A stretch of 64,000 nt of DNA from Gammaproteobacteria bacterium (GTDB lineage: Bacteria > Pseudomonadota > Gammaproteobacteria > Eutrophobiales > Eutrophobiaceae): assembly GCA_963422205.2 (NCBI GenBank), contig CAXMWX010000009.1, positions 262,721 through 326,720 on the forward strand, in the 5' to 3' direction. Within the stretch, counting starts at the first letter, position 1, and every line of letters starts with the position of its first letter. The notes beneath the pieces are model-generated. The model had not been told where the DNA came from and ran no database searches. It saw nothing but the letters and a program-made list of their open reading frames with translations. Both the position numbers and the translations under genes were made by a program. Positions 49,493-60,293 of the stretch are shown here, piece by piece.

Positions 49493-50068
49493 ATGGCAAT
49501 GATGAGATATCTCCCTGGTGTATTTTTTTTATCATTGCTGTCGGGCAATTATCCCGTGCTGGCCAATCAGTCTGATATAGTGTCGGCGCGCTGGGACTCA
49601 CAACAAATACGTTTTCGCTATCAGGCATCGATGACTTTCTATACCTGTGATGCTTTGGAGAACAAGCTGAAGAATTTATTGTATGCGATCGGTGCGCGCA
49701 AAGATGCACGGGTGGAGGCGAGATGTTTCGATCCTGCACATCACGCACAACATCATGCCGATGCACTCCTGGCGTTTGCCATTCCGGTGTTTGCCGATGT
49801 CGGTATGGAAAGTGAGCTGGCCGATGATATATTTCCAGCACGCTTGCAGGAGATCATGATTAACAGGCGCAAATATCGCCATCTTGCCCCGGGTGATTGC
49901 GAGTTGTTTGCTGATTTCAGGCGTCAGGTGGTGGATAAACTTGACATCGTCATAGTGGCGAAAGACAGTCATTGCCGGTCTGGCTTTTTTGCGCCCAGCA
50001 TGAAGATACGAATATTGCAACCGCATGTATCAGAGGCAGGACACCAGCCGGAGGCAAACATTGATTAA
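49493..50068 (+). CDS. Exported hypothetical protein (4 Cys)
   Basis: Signal peptide; FYTCD, RC, GDCEL, HC. Confidence 0.7.
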   Translation: MAMMRYLPGVFFLSLLSGNYPVLANQSDIVSARWDSQQIRFRYQASMTFYTCDALENKLKNLLYAIGARKDARVEARCFDPAHHAQHHADALLAFAIPVFADVGMESELADDIFPARLQEIMINRRKYRHLAPGDCELFADFRRQVVDKLDIVIVAKDSHCRSGFFAPSMKIRILQPHVSEAGHQPEANID

Positions 50069-50660
50069 GAAAATCGTTCTATCCGCCATCGCTGTCTTGT
50101 ACATGTCGACTGCATCGGCCGATAAAAATGAAGATCAGAAAAATCAATACCAGGCATTTAATGGGATCTGGGTATTGAATGTCGAGTTAAGTGACGATAC
50201 TGACAGGCAGGTGGAGCATGCCATCAAGGCGGCGGGCGGTAAAATCACACATGCCAGGAAAAGACGTACCGGAAAAACAGGTAAATACAAGTACAAAGGC
50301 GGCCCAAAGAACCATGCGTTATATGATCATGTCTCTTATGATGAGGCGTTTACATTTTATTCTGAATACCCCAGGGTATGGCTTGGTTACCTTAATAATT
50401 ACACCAGAGAATTTTATGCTGATGGGCGGGGGCGTTCAGCCAGCGCCGCTGACGGGGAACTCAAAGACTATTCGTTTGCTTCATGGCATAATAACATGCT
50501 GTATGTTGAGGCGAGGCCACGGGATGGGGGTTTTACACAAGAGGTTTATTCCCTGATAAACAAGGGCGCACAGTTGAAAGTCATGCTTACATTAAAGCCG
50601 CTTAATTTTAGTGCACCGATAAAAATCATGAGAATATTTGATCGGCAAACCCCGGACTGA
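50061..50660 (+). CDS. Exported hypothetical protein (lipocalin-like FNGIW motif)
   Basis: GGAGG RBS + TTG 50061; signal peptide; FNGIWVLN..LSDD. Confidence 0.7.
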   Translation: MIKKIVLSAIAVLYMSTASADKNEDQKNQYQAFNGIWVLNVELSDDTDRQVEHAIKAAGGKITHARKRRTGKTGKYKYKGGPKNHALYDHVSYDEAFTFYSEYPRVWLGYLNNYTREFYADGRGRSASAADGELKDYSFASWHNNMLYVEARPRDGGFTQEVYSLINKGAQLKVMLTLKPLNFSAPIKIMRIFDRQTPD

Positions 50661-51016
50661 TGAGAAACATGAAACCCATCGTCAGCATCATCTTGTGTTG
50701 TCACCTGTTGCTGTTTGCCGAAACCCAGGCCGTTGCCAATGACGGCCATAGCCTGAAACGGCAGTGTGGTGTTGCCATCGCTGCCATGCAGGGTGAGCAG
50801 GAGGCGGATCAGAAGGCCATCACGCTGTGTGTGGGTCGATTATCCGGCATCATGAGCTTGCAGACTTTTTATTGTGTGCCTGAAGACACCTTGCTTGATG
50901 ATCTCATGATGAATCTGTACAACTGGCTGGATGCTCATCCGTCCAGGCTTGATGAGAACGCCAGTGTACTAATCATTGAAGCATTCTCAGAGACCTACCC
51001 CTGTCCTCAGCAATAA
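50660..51016 (+). CDS. Rap1a/Tai-like immunity family protein
   Basis: Signal peptide; G..L...C, C.G...G, YCVP, WL..HP..L...A...I..AF...YPC pattern. Confidence 0.75.
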   Translation: MRNMKPIVSIILCCHLLLFAETQAVANDGHSLKRQCGVAIAAMQGEQEADQKAITLCVGRLSGIMSLQTFYCVPEDTLLDDLMMNLYNWLDAHPSRLDENASVLIIEAFSETYPCPQQ

Positions 51017-51085
51017 CCGCCCGGGCTGTAACATCAAGGCAGAGTTCACCCCTTAAACCACAGCCGCCGATGAGCCTCACTGCAT

Positions 51086-52894
51086 TCATATCGTCAGCCT
51101 CTGCCCCTGTTGTTGATCATCTTCCTGCTGCTGCAATTCCCACATGCTGGCATAGATGCCGTTTTGTGCAAGTAACCGCCGATGATCTCCCTGCTCTATC
51201 AGTCTGCCATTTTCAAGTACCAGAATATTGTCTGCATCCACAATCGTGGAGAGCCGATGGGCGATAACCAGGGTGGTATGATCGCTGGCAACGTCATTAA
51301 GTGCCGTTAAGATGCTTTGTTCAGAGACAGAATCCAGCGAGGAGGTGGCCTCATCAAACACCATGATTTGCGGTTTTTTTAATAACATCCTCGCAATGGC
51401 AATGCGCTGTTTCTCACCACCGGATACCTTCAGCCCCCGCTCTCCCACCAAGGTGTCATAGCCCGTCGGCAGGCTTTGGATGAAGCTGTCAATATTTGCC
51501 AGTCGTGCTGCTGTATACACCGCCTGCTCATCGGCTTTGGGGTTGCCATAGGCAATATTATAGTAAATCGTATTGTTAAACAGCACTGTATCCTGTGGCA
51601 CCACACCAATGGCACGGCGCAGGCTGTGCTGTGTTACGTTGCGAATATCCTCGCCATCAATACAGATGCTACCGTCGTTGACATCATACAGCCGGCATAA
51701 CAGGCGGGCGATGGTAGACTTGCCAGAGCCGCTGTGTCCAACGATGGCCAGCTTGCTCATGGCTGGCAGCGTGAAACTGATGGCATTGAGGATCTGCCGC
51801 TCCGGGTGATAGGCAAAACTGACATGATCAAACTGCACTGTGCCGGTGGCGATCTGTAGATCCCTGGCGGTGCAGCTATCGGCGATCACCGGTTGGCGTT
51901 CCAACAGCGAGAACATGTGTTCAATGTCGGCCAGGGCCTTTTTTATCTCACGGTAGACAAACCCAAGAAAATTCAGGGGAATGAATAGCTGCATCATATA
52001 GGCATTGACCAGGACAATATCGCCGAGGGTCATTTTACCTGCAACCACATCCGCCGCCGCCAGCCACATGATCGCCATGACAGACAAGGCAATCACCAGC
52101 GCCTGGCCGCCGTTTAAGCCCATTAAGGATAACCTGTTCAGGGCCCGGGCCTGCTCCCAGGCGGCCAGGTGTTCATCGTATTGACGGGCTTCATAGTCTT
52201 CGTTGGTAAAGTATTTAACAGTTTCAAAATTAAGCAGGCTGTCGAGCGCACGGGTGTTGGTACGGTTATCCATCTCGTTCATGGCACGCACGAACTCGGT
52301 GCGCCATTCGGTGACCAGCACTGAAAAACCGATATAACAGCTAACGGCCAGCAGGATGATCAGGCCATACCACAGGCTGTAATTCCAGAGCAGGATCACA
52401 CTGATCAAGAGGATCTCCAGCAGGGTCGGGATGATATTAAACAGCATGAAACGCATCAGGAAGCTGATGCCATTGGTGCCCCGTTCTATGTCACGAGACA
52501 GGCCGCCGGTGCGCCGTGACAGGTGAAACTCCAGTTCCAGCGAGTGCAGGTGCTGAAAGACTCGAAGGCCGATGCGGCGCATGGCCCGCTCAGTCACACG
52601 GCCAAAGATGGTGTCGCGTATCTCTCCGAATATAATCGTGCCAAAGCGCAAGAAGCCGTACAGCAATAAAAACAGCACCGGCACAACGATGAGCTCTGAT
52701 TGGGTTGAGTCCAGGCTATCGACAATGTATTTCATGGCAAACGGGATCAGCACATTGCTGAGTTTGGATAACAGTAAAAACACCAGCGCCAGTACAATGC
52801 GCGGCTTGAATTCCATAAAATAAGGCAACAGGTCTTTGAGAATCCCCCAGTTACCCGACCATTGATTTTCGCTGATACCGCCCAGTCCGCGCAT
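51086..52894 (-). CDS. ABCB/Atm1-like ABC transporter (permease + ATPase)
   Basis: FHLSRRTGGLSRDIERG, LNFETVKYF, GHSGSGKST, SGGEKQR, DEATS motifs. Confidence 0.94.
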   Translation of the reverse strand: MRGLGGISENQWSGNWGILKDLLPYFMEFKPRIVLALVFLLLSKLSNVLIPFAMKYIVDSLDSTQSELIVVPVLFLLLYGFLRFGTIIFGEIRDTIFGRVTERAMRRIGLRVFQHLHSLELEFHLSRRTGGLSRDIERGTNGISFLMRFMLFNIIPTLLEILLISVILLWNYSLWYGLIILLAVSCYIGFSVLVTEWRTEFVRAMNEMDNRTNTRALDSLLNFETVKYFTNEDYEARQYDEHLAAWEQARALNRLSLMGLNGGQALVIALSVMAIMWLAAADVVAGKMTLGDIVLVNAYMMQLFIPLNFLGFVYREIKKALADIEHMFSLLERQPVIADSCTARDLQIATGTVQFDHVSFAYHPERQILNAISFTLPAMSKLAIVGHSGSGKSTIARLLCRLYDVNDGSICIDGEDIRNVTQHSLRRAIGVVPQDTVLFNNTIYYNIAYGNPKADEQAVYTAARLANIDSFIQSLPTGYDTLVGERGLKVSGGEKQRIAIARMLLKKPQIMVFDEATSSLDSVSEQSILTALNDVASDHTTLVIAHRLSTIVDADNILVLENGRLIEQGDHRRLLAQNGIYASMWELQQQEDDQQQGQRLTI

Positions 52895-53075
52895 AGTATT
52901 ACCTGCCGTTCCCTGCCATGCTTGTTGTGTGAGTAGTTTTTGCCAACCGGCCTATCTTAGCACTGTTACCATGAATCTGATGCGTACCGAATAACGTATT
53001 CCCCATCGGCAGGCCCTGTCAGCAGGCCGGGTTTTGCGGTATGCTTTTATCGGTTAAATTACTGGCTTGCTATCT

Positions 53076-54134
53076 ATGCCTGAAGCAAAAAATAATCGCT
53101 TGTTAAATGCCTTGAGATGCCAGCCGGTGGATCGGACGCCTGTATGGATTATGCGCCAGGCCGGTCGTTATCTGCCCGAATACCGCCGAGTGCGTGAACA
53201 GGCGGGCAGCTTTATGGCCTTGTGCAAGACGCCGGAACTCGCCTGTGAAGTTACCCTGCAACCATTACAGCGTTTTCCGCTGGATGCGGCTATCCTGTTC
53301 TCCGACATCCTCACCATCCCGGATGCGATGGGTCTGGGTTTGAGCATCGCCGAACAACAGGGCCCGCGGTTTGAGAAGACAGTGCGCTCACCCGCCGATC
53401 TCGGGCAATTAGCCAAGCCTGATCCAGGGGTTGAGCTTGCCTATGTGATCGAGGCGGTGAGATTAATCAAACAGGAACTGCATGGGCAGGTGCCGCTGAT
53501 CGGTTTTGCCGGCAGCCCCTGGACGACTGCCACTTATATGATCGAGGGCGGTATCAGCAAGGATTTTCGTCAGAGCAAAGGCATGTTGTATCGGCAGCCG
53601 GCGCTTGCCCATGGTCTGTTACACCTGTTAGCCGATTCGATCAGCGATTATCTGTCGGCCCAGATCAAGGCCGGTGTTGATGCGGTGATGGTATTCGATA
53701 CCTGGGGCGGCATCTTGTCTCACCGGGCCTATCAGGAATTTTCCCTGCACTACATGCAGCAGATTGTTACCACATTAAAGGCCCGCCATGCCAACACGCC
53801 GGTTATTTTATTTACCAAGGGCGGCGGTCTCTGGCTGGAGAAGCTGGCGGCCTCCGGTTGTGATGCGATCGGCATTGACTGGACTATTGACATAGGCGAG
53901 GCCAGAAGACGCCTTGAGGGCAGGGTCGCCATTCAGGGGAATATGGATCCGGCCATACTGTCTGCTGATCCAACGATCATTCGTGAGCATGTCGAGATGA
54001 TTCTGGCGAACTACGGCCCGGGATCCGGCCATGTGTTTAACCTGGGTCATGGTATTACCCCCGATATCCATCCTGAGCATGTGGCGGTGCTGATTGAGGC
54101 TGTTCACGAATCAAGCCTGCCTTACCATAGATGA
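53076..54134 (+). CDS. hemE: Uroporphyrinogen decarboxylase
   Basis: [30 protein letters not shown] motifs. Confidence 0.97.
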   Translation: MPEAKNNRLLNALRCQPVDRTPVWIMRQAGRYLPEYRRVREQAGSFMALCKTPELACEVTLQPLQRFPLDAAILFSDILTIPDAMGLGLSIAEQQGPRFEKTVRSPADLGQLAKPDPGVELAYVIEAVRLIKQELHGQVPLIGFAGSPWTTATYMIEGGISKDFRQSKGMLYRQPALAHGLLHLLADSISDYLSAQIKAGVDAVMVFDTWGGILSHRAYQEFSLHYMQQIVTTLKARHANTPVILFTKGGGLWLEKLAASGCDAIGIDWTIDIGEARRRLEGRVAIQGNMDPAILSADPTIIREHVEMILANYGPGSGHVFNLGHGITPDIHPEHVAVLIEAVHESSLPYHR

Positions 54135-55042
54135 GACAGCGATACCAGCAGCTATCCCTCATAGTCAAAGGATTTTGCATGGGGGCGGCCGATGTGGTAC
54201 CGGGCGTCAGTGGCGGCACCATGGCATTCATCCTGGGGATCTATACGCAACTCATCGATGCCATCCGGTCTTTTGATCACATCTGGGTGAAGGCGATCAT
54301 CACGCTGGATGTTAAAACAGCGATCAGCCGGCCTCACTTTGGCTTGCTTGTCCCGCTGGGGATAGGGATATTGTCGGCGTTATTATTCTTTACCCGTGCT
54401 ATCTCATTGCCGGCCTTAATCATCCGCCATCCAGAGGCGGTATACAGCCTGTTCTTTGGACTGATCGCCGGCTCGATCATTGCCTTATACAAGCAGATGA
54501 AGGACATACACTGGCAGAATTACCTCAACCTTGGCCTCGGCCTGCTGCTTGGCCTTATCGTATTTAATCTGATCCCGACACAGACACCTGAAACCGGCTG
54601 GTTTATTTTCTTGACCGGTGCCCTGGCTGTCTGTGCCATGATTCTGCCGGGGATCTCCGGTGCTTTTATCCTGCTGCTGCTGAATAAATACAGTTATATC
54701 TTTCATGCTATCGGTCATTTTCAATGGCAGATCCTGCTGCCGTTTGTCTCAGGGGCGGTCATGAGCTTACTTTTGACCAGCCGTGTACTTTCCTACCTGC
54801 TGCACCGGTACTATAACAACAGCGTATTTTTTATTATCGGTTTGTTGCTGGCATCCTTGAGTGTTATCTGGCCCTATCAGGAGCGCCATTATGTATTTAT
54901 CAATGACCAGGCCAGGCTGATCGACTCAACCATAACCCTGCCGGTGGCAATCAATGCAGATCTGATGATCCACAGCTCACTCATGCTTCTTGGTTTTGTT
55001 GTTGTTATTCTGATTAACAGAGACACAGGAGGGCGCAGATAA
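54131..55042 (+). CDS. DUF368 membrane protein (PopT-type undecaprenyl-phosphate translocase family)
   Basis: [14 protein letters not shown] and [10 protein letters not shown] internal repeats. Confidence 0.9.
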   Translation: MRQRYQQLSLIVKGFCMGAADVVPGVSGGTMAFILGIYTQLIDAIRSFDHIWVKAIITLDVKTAISRPHFGLLVPLGIGILSALLFFTRAISLPALIIRHPEAVYSLFFGLIAGSIIALYKQMKDIHWQNYLNLGLGLLLGLIVFNLIPTQTPETGWFIFLTGALAVCAMILPGISGAFILLLLNKYSYIFHAIGHFQWQILLPFVSGAVMSLLLTSRVLSYLLHRYYNNSVFFIIGLLLASLSVIWPYQERHYVFINDQARLIDSTITLPVAINADLMIHSSLMLLGFVVVILINRDTGGRR

Positions 55043-55052
55043 TACTTGCTTT

Positions 55053-56555
55053 TTAATTTATCCTTTTTCCAAGCAGCACCAGGCCGGCCAGGACACCGAA
55101 CAGACAAAACACCAAAGGATAATTCCCCCAGCGTGAATACGGTGTATCACCGGTAAAGGTCTTGACTGTTGCTGAGTTACTCGTTGCCCTGAACTGTTCC
55201 GATTGGGATATCACCTGTCCTTTCTCATCAAAGATGGCGCTGATGCCGGTGTTGGTGGCACGCAGCATATAGCGCCCGGTCTCCATGCTACGCATACGTG
55301 CCATTTGCAGGTGCTGATGGGGTGCGGCAGAATTGCCAAACCAGGCATCGTTACTGACATTGACCAGCAGTTCAGCCTCCGGCAGCGCCCGAATGATTTC
55401 ATTACCGAAGATCCCCTCATAACAAATACTCAATCCCAGCGTGATGCTGCCTGCTTTAAGCACCGGCTTGCTATGGCTATCTCCTGGTGTGAAATTGGAG
55501 ATGGGGATCTGCATGGCGTGGAGTATCGAGTCAAGCAGAAACGGCAATGGCACATACTCACCGAAAGGCACCAGATGGCGTTTGTGGTATTGCTGCCTGG
55601 ATTGCCCTAACAACACGATGCTGTTGTAATACTCACCCGTTGCCTGATTTTGGATCGGCAGCCCGGTGAGCACGGTGCTGTTATGGTGCCTGGCAACGGC
55701 TTGCAGTTGGTCCAGGAAGGGCAATGCCTGATGATAGTAAGCCGGGATGGCCGTCTCCGGCCAGATGATAATGTCGCTGCCCCAGTGAGGCTCGGTGAGT
55801 GACAGATACCAGGCCAGGCTATCCTGGCGATATTCGGGCAGCCACTTGAGCCTTTGTGGTATCGCCCCCTGAATCAGGGCAACCTTGATATCATCATCTT
55901 TCACCGCTGTCCAGCTGTGCTGCTGTAACACCATGCCTGCCAGCAACAGCACGATGGCCGTTACCACACTGATTGCTCTCTCCCTTCCTTGCCCCTGATA
56001 CATCAGGGCAACACAGGCGGCCAGCATTAATGTCAACCATGAGACCAGAAACACGCCGCCGAGGCTGGCATAAGCGGCCAGGGGCGTATCCGTTTGTGAA
56101 TACCCTATGCTCAACCAGGGAAAGCCAGTGAAGACCCAGGAGCGCAGCCACTCAGTCAAGGCCCAGCAGGCGGGCATACTGATCAACAGCGAGATGACTC
56201 GGCCAGTCGGAAAAAAACGCTGGCTGAGATAGCCACAGAGCCCCGGATACAGTGCCAAAAACAAGACCAGCAGGATGGTGAGCAGGATCGCAATCGAAAG
56301 GCCAACCCCACCAAAGAGATGAATGCTGATATACAGCCAGCCGAGGCCGAGGCCAAAAAACCCAAGCCCAAACAGATAGGCGCTGATGAAGGCATAGCGG
56401 GGTGATTTGCCCAGCCAGTGCTGAAACAAAAATGCAAATGTCAGATAAGGGATAAAAAATACATCAAACGGCGAGAATGAGAAGGCTGTGATCGCACCTG
56501 CAAGCAGCAACAGGAACAGTGTGCTATAAGATGGCATCACTGGCTGTGAATCCAC
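55053..56555 (-). CDS. lnt: Apolipoprotein N-acyltransferase
   Basis: TGFPW, WPETA, YHKRHLVPFGE, ICYE, NDAWF motifs. Confidence 0.95.
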   Translation of the reverse strand: MDSQPVMPSYSTLFLLLLAGAITAFSFSPFDVFFIPYLTFAFLFQHWLGKSPRYAFISAYLFGLGFFGLGLGWLYISIHLFGGVGLSIAILLTILLVLFLALYPGLCGYLSQRFFPTGRVISLLISMPACWALTEWLRSWVFTGFPWLSIGYSQTDTPLAAYASLGGVFLVSWLTLMLAACVALMYQGQGRERAISVVTAIVLLLAGMVLQQHSWTAVKDDDIKVALIQGAIPQRLKWLPEYRQDSLAWYLSLTEPHWGSDIIIWPETAIPAYYHQALPFLDQLQAVARHHNSTVLTGLPIQNQATGEYYNSIVLLGQSRQQYHKRHLVPFGEYVPLPFLLDSILHAMQIPISNFTPGDSHSKPVLKAGSITLGLSICYEGIFGNEIIRALPEAELLVNVSNDAWFGNSAAPHQHLQMARMRSMETGRYMLRATNTGISAIFDEKGQVISQSEQFRATSNSATVKTFTGDTPYSRWGNYPLVFCLFGVLAGLVLLGKRIN

Positions 56556-56562
56556 ACAGCTA

Positions 56563-57420
56563 TCAGCGGTTGTCTTTGGGTTGTTTAAATCGGAGTAACT
56601 GCAATTTTCTTTTATCTGCTTTTAATATCTTGATATTGAACCCGGCAAAATCAATGACTTCACCCCGTTTCGGCAGATACCCGAAGGCATTGGTCACCAG
56701 GCCGCCGATGGTATCGTAATCATCATCCGCCAAATCGGTTTTGAAATACTTGTTAAAATCGCTGATGGCAGTCATGGCCTTGACGGTATAACGATTGCGC
56801 CCATGCTGCTCAATATTGTCCTCTTCCTCTAAGTCGTGTTCATCTTCAATTTCACCAACGATCTCCTCCATCACATCTTCAATCGTCACCAGCCCGGCGA
56901 TACCGTACTCATCGATCACAATGGCCATGTGATTGCGACTGGTTCGGAAGTCTCGCAGCAGCACATTCAGTCGTTTGCTCTCAGGAATAAACACAGCCGG
57001 ACGCATCATATCTCTGATTTTAAATGCTTCCGTTGCTGCATTGACATAATAGGCGAGCAGATCCTTGGCGAGTAATATCCCTAACACATCGTTTTGATCA
57101 TCACTGACAACCGGAAACCGGGAGTGTCCGGACTCGATCACGGTGTTGATGATATCATCAGGCTCGGCATCGTGCTCGATCACAACCATCTGCACCCGGG
57201 GCAGCATCACATCACGCACTTGCAGATCGGAGACCTGGATAGCTCCCTCAATCATGCTCAACACTTCTGAATCAAGAATGTTCCTGGCTTCGGATTCCCT
57301 TAATATATCCAGCAGCGTCTGCTTGTCTTGCGGGGCCTTGGATACGGTCGAAATCAGTTGTTTCCACCACGACTGGTTGTCTGTTTTCGATGGCGGTTTA
57401 TCTTTTTTATTTTTACTCAT
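56563..57420 (-). CDS. corC: CBS-pair/CorC-HlyC domain Mg/Co transport-associated protein
   Basis: SGHSRFPV, GILLAKDLL, HMAIVIDEYG, DTIGG motifs; ybeY-corC-lnt synteny. Confidence 0.92.
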   Translation of the reverse strand: MSKNKKDKPPSKTDNQSWWKQLISTVSKAPQDKQTLLDILRESEARNILDSEVLSMIEGAIQVSDLQVRDVMLPRVQMVVIEHDAEPDDIINTVIESGHSRFPVVSDDQNDVLGILLAKDLLAYYVNAATEAFKIRDMMRPAVFIPESKRLNVLLRDFRTSRNHMAIVIDEYGIAGLVTIEDVMEEIVGEIEDEHDLEEEDNIEQHGRNRYTVKAMTAISDFNKYFKTDLADDDYDTIGGLVTNAFGYLPKRGEVIDFAGFNIKILKADKRKLQLLRFKQPKDNR

Positions 57421-57868
57421 ATAGCAGGTAAGGGTTCGGGTAGCCGCACTGTTGCATTATGCCGGTTTCACAGCGTTGCATGAGCCGGGCCTCTTCAGCC
57501 TCTGCATGATCATAGCCTGACAGATGCAATATGCCGTGAATCAGTATATGCGCCCAATGGGCGTCCAGGGGTTTATTTTGCTCTGCCGCCTCCTGCTGGA
57601 TGAGCGCTGCACAGATCACCAAATCCCCCATTAACATCGGCACCACATCGTCCGCACGGCTGATAGGGAAAGATAATATATTGGTCGGTTTGTCAATGTG
57701 GCGCCATTTTTTGTTCAAGTCTCTGCTCTCCTCAGCATCAACCAGCCGGATGGTAATCTCAGCATCCGCCACATCGCCCAGTGCCTGCCTGGCAATGGTC
57801 TGTAGAAATTCAGCAGTCGGTATGCTTCTCTCCCTCGTTGCGGTCTGGATTGCAATATCAAGCCCCAT
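57413..57868 (-). CDS. ybeY: rRNA maturation endoribonuclease YbeY
   Basis: PTNILSFP, HGILHLSGYDH motifs. Confidence 0.95.
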   Translation of the reverse strand: MGLDIAIQTATRERSIPTAEFLQTIARQALGDVADAEITIRLVDAEESRDLNKKWRHIDKPTNILSFPISRADDVVPMLMGDLVICAALIQQEAAEQNKPLDAHWAHILIHGILHLSGYDHAEAEEARLMQRCETGIMQQCGYPNPYLLYE

Positions 57869-57890
57869 AGCAGCTATCTGTCATACCAGA

Positions 57891-58880
57891 TCATCTGTCT
57901 GTACGCTGGCGTTCATGTTTTTCATAGGCATTTAGTATTTTTGCCACCAGCGGATGCCGCACCACGTCTTTTGACTGGAAAAAAGTGAAACTGATTTGCT
58001 CTTCCTGTTGCAATATGTCAATCACGTGTTTTAATCCCGACTGCCTGTCCCGGGGCAGATCGATCTGGGTAATATCGCCAGTGATAACGGCCGTTGAACC
58101 AAAGCCAATACGGGTGAGGAACATCTTCATTTGTTCCACGGTGGTGTTTTGCGCCTCATCGAGTATCACAAAAGAAGCGTTCAAGGTACGGCCTCGCATG
58201 AAGGCCAGGGGCGCCACCTCAATGATATTTTTTTCGATAAATTTTGTTACCCGCTCAAAGCCCAGCATCTCAAATAACGCATCATAAAGCGGGCGCAGAT
58301 AAGGATCGACTTTTTGCACCAGGTCGCCGGGGAGAAAGCCGAGTCTCTCTCCCGCCTCAACCGCCGGCCTGACCAGCACGATACGGCGGGTGCGATCCTG
58401 CTCCAGCGCAGCCACGGCACAGGCCACGGCCAGGTAGGTCTTGCCCGTGCCAGCAGGGCCGATGCCGAAACTGAGATCATGATCCATAATATGGCGAAGA
58501 TAGGCCCGCTGGTTTCTGCTCTGCCCCTTGATGATCCCCCGTCTGGTCTTGATCAACACCTCATCCTGTGTCTCTCTGTCCTGCTCATCGGCAGCGGTCT
58601 TGCCCTGCAGGGCCAGGTGAATCTTTTCACTGGACAGGGTTTCGGAATGCGTGCTGGCATACAGCTCATCCAAAAGCTGGCTGGCCGTATCAACCGGTTT
58701 TGCGCTGCCGATAATTCGGAAATAATTTCCCCGGTTGTTGATCGTGACCCCCAGCCGCCTTTCTATGTGTCGCAGGTTGGCATCCAGCGAGCCGCACAGA
58801 TTGGTCAGCCTTTCATTATCGGCAGGCTCCAGATTAACCTCAGTGGTGATGACGGCAATGTTGTCTGTCGATATGTTCAA
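57891..58880 (-). CDS. ybeZ: PhoH family ATPase
   Basis: GPAGTGKTYLA, RPAVEAGE, APLAFMRGRT, DEAQN motifs. Confidence 0.94.
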   Translation of the reverse strand: MNISTDNIAVITTEVNLEPADNERLTNLCGSLDANLRHIERRLGVTINNRGNYFRIIGSAKPVDTASQLLDELYASTHSETLSSEKIHLALQGKTAADEQDRETQDEVLIKTRRGIIKGQSRNQRAYLRHIMDHDLSFGIGPAGTGKTYLAVACAVAALEQDRTRRIVLVRPAVEAGERLGFLPGDLVQKVDPYLRPLYDALFEMLGFERVTKFIEKNIIEVAPLAFMRGRTLNASFVILDEAQNTTVEQMKMFLTRIGFGSTAVITGDITQIDLPRDRQSGLKHVIDILQQEEQISFTFFQSKDVVRHPLVAKILNAYEKHERQRTDR

Positions 58881-58882
58881 TT

Positions 58883-58924
58883 CTTCTACGGCAACTCTTC
58901 TATGGCAATGCTTCTACGGCGATG
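58883..58924. repeat. 14-bp tandem repeat (3 copies) in the miaB-ybeZ spacer
   Basis: CTTCTACGGCAACT / CTTCTATGGCAATG / CTTCTACGGCGATG. Confidence 0.8.
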
Positions 58925-58925
58925 C

Positions 58926-60293
58926 TTATACGGGCAGCCCGGCTTGCTCGGAAGGGCGAATGACGGGCTTTGGCAGCCATCTGCCGCGCAGGGAATTCGG
59001 CAGGGCGGCGGTGACCCTGACCTCAGCCAGACTGCCGATTAACATCGGCTCGCCCGTGAAATTAACCACGCGGTTGTTCTCGGTACGGCCTGAAAGTTCG
59101 GTGCGGTCTTTTTTTGATAACCCATCGACCAGTATCCTCTCGGTGTTACCGACCATCGCCCGGCTGATAGCGGTGGCCTGTTGATTAATCTGATCTTGCA
59201 GGAGTTGCAGCCGCTCCTTCTTGCGTGCCATCGGCACATCATCCGGCATGTTGGCGGCCGGGGTGCCGGGGCGCTGGCTGTAGATGAAGCTGAATGACTG
59301 ATCGAAGCCAAGCTCGGTAATCAACTGCATGGTCTGCTGAAAATCCTGTTCGGTCTCGCCGGGAAAACCGACAATAAAATCGGAGGAGAGACTTATATCA
59401 GGGCGAATGCGGCGCAGGTGTTTTATCCTGGATTTATATTCCAGCACGGTATAGCCACGCTTCATTGCCGCCAGGATACGATCCGAGCCGCTTTGTACCG
59501 GCAGATGCAGGTGATTGACCAGCTTTGGCACTTTGGCATACACGTTGATCAATCGCTCGGAGAATTCCACCGGGTGTGATGTGGTGTAACGAATCCGCTC
59601 AATGCCTGCCATGGTGTTGATGTATTCAATCAGGTCGGCCAGATCCGCCACACCGCCTGCATGCGTTTTGCCCCGGTAAGCATTGACGTTTTGTCCCAGC
59701 AGGTTGATCTCCTTCACCCCCTGTTCGGCCAGCTCGGCGATTTCAGTCAGCACATCGTCCAGGGATCGACTGATCTCCTCGCCACGGGTATAGGGGACAA
59801 CACAGAACGTACAATACTTGCTGCACCCTTCCATGATGGAGACATACGCGCTTGCGCTGCTGGCCCTGGGGGCCGGCAGATGGTCGAATTTTTCTATCTC
59901 CGGAAATGAAATATCGGTAATCTGCCGCCGGCCTGATTTTGCACTGTCATAGAGTTGTGGCAGGCGGTGCAGGGTTTGCGGGCCGAAGATAATATCCACA
60001 TGGGGCGCACGTGCATAGATGGCCTCGCCTTCCTGGCTGGCAAGACAGCCGCCAACGGCGATAATGAAATCCGGCTCGGCGGCTTTTCGCTTGCGCCAGC
60101 GCCCTAATTCTGAAAATAATTTCTGTTGTGCCTTCTCGCGCACAGAGCAGGTGTTGAAGATCAACATATCGGCCAGCTCTGGCGTGCTGGCCCTGACCAT
60201 GCCATGGGAGGCGGCGAGTACGTCCCGTATCTTGTCGGAATCGTACACATTCATTTGACAGCCGAAGGTCTTTACAAAGACTTTATTTCCCAT
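58926..60293 (-). CDS. miaB: tRNA-i6A37 methylthiotransferase
   Basis: [18 protein letters not shown], radical [15 protein letters not shown] domain. Confidence 0.97.
   Translation of the reverse strand: MGNKVFVKTFGCQMNVYDSDKIRDVLAASHGMVRASTPELADMLIFNTCSVREKAQQKLFSELGRWRKRKAAEPDFIIAVGGCLASQEGEAIYARAPHVDIIFGPQTLHRLPQLYDSAKSGRRQITDISFPEIEKFDHLPAPRASSASAYVSIMEGCSKYCTFCVVPYTRGEEISRSLDDVLTEIAELAEQGVKEINLLGQNVNAYRGKTHAGGVADLADLIEYINTMAGIERIRYTTSHPVEFSERLINVYAKVPKLVNHLHLPVQSGSDRILAAMKRGYTVLEYKSRIKHLRRIRPDISLSSDFIVGFPGETEQDFQQTMQLITELGFDQSFSFIYSQRPGTPAANMPDDVPMARKKERLQLLQDQINQQATAISRAMVGNTERILVDGLSKKDRTELSGRTENNRVVNFTGEPMLIGSLAEVRVTAALPNSLRGRWLPKPVIRPSEQAGLPV

Noticed and set aside
58883-58938. Repeats as a mini-CRISPR
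   Set aside because: 14-bp head-to-tail units with no spacers and no cas genes.
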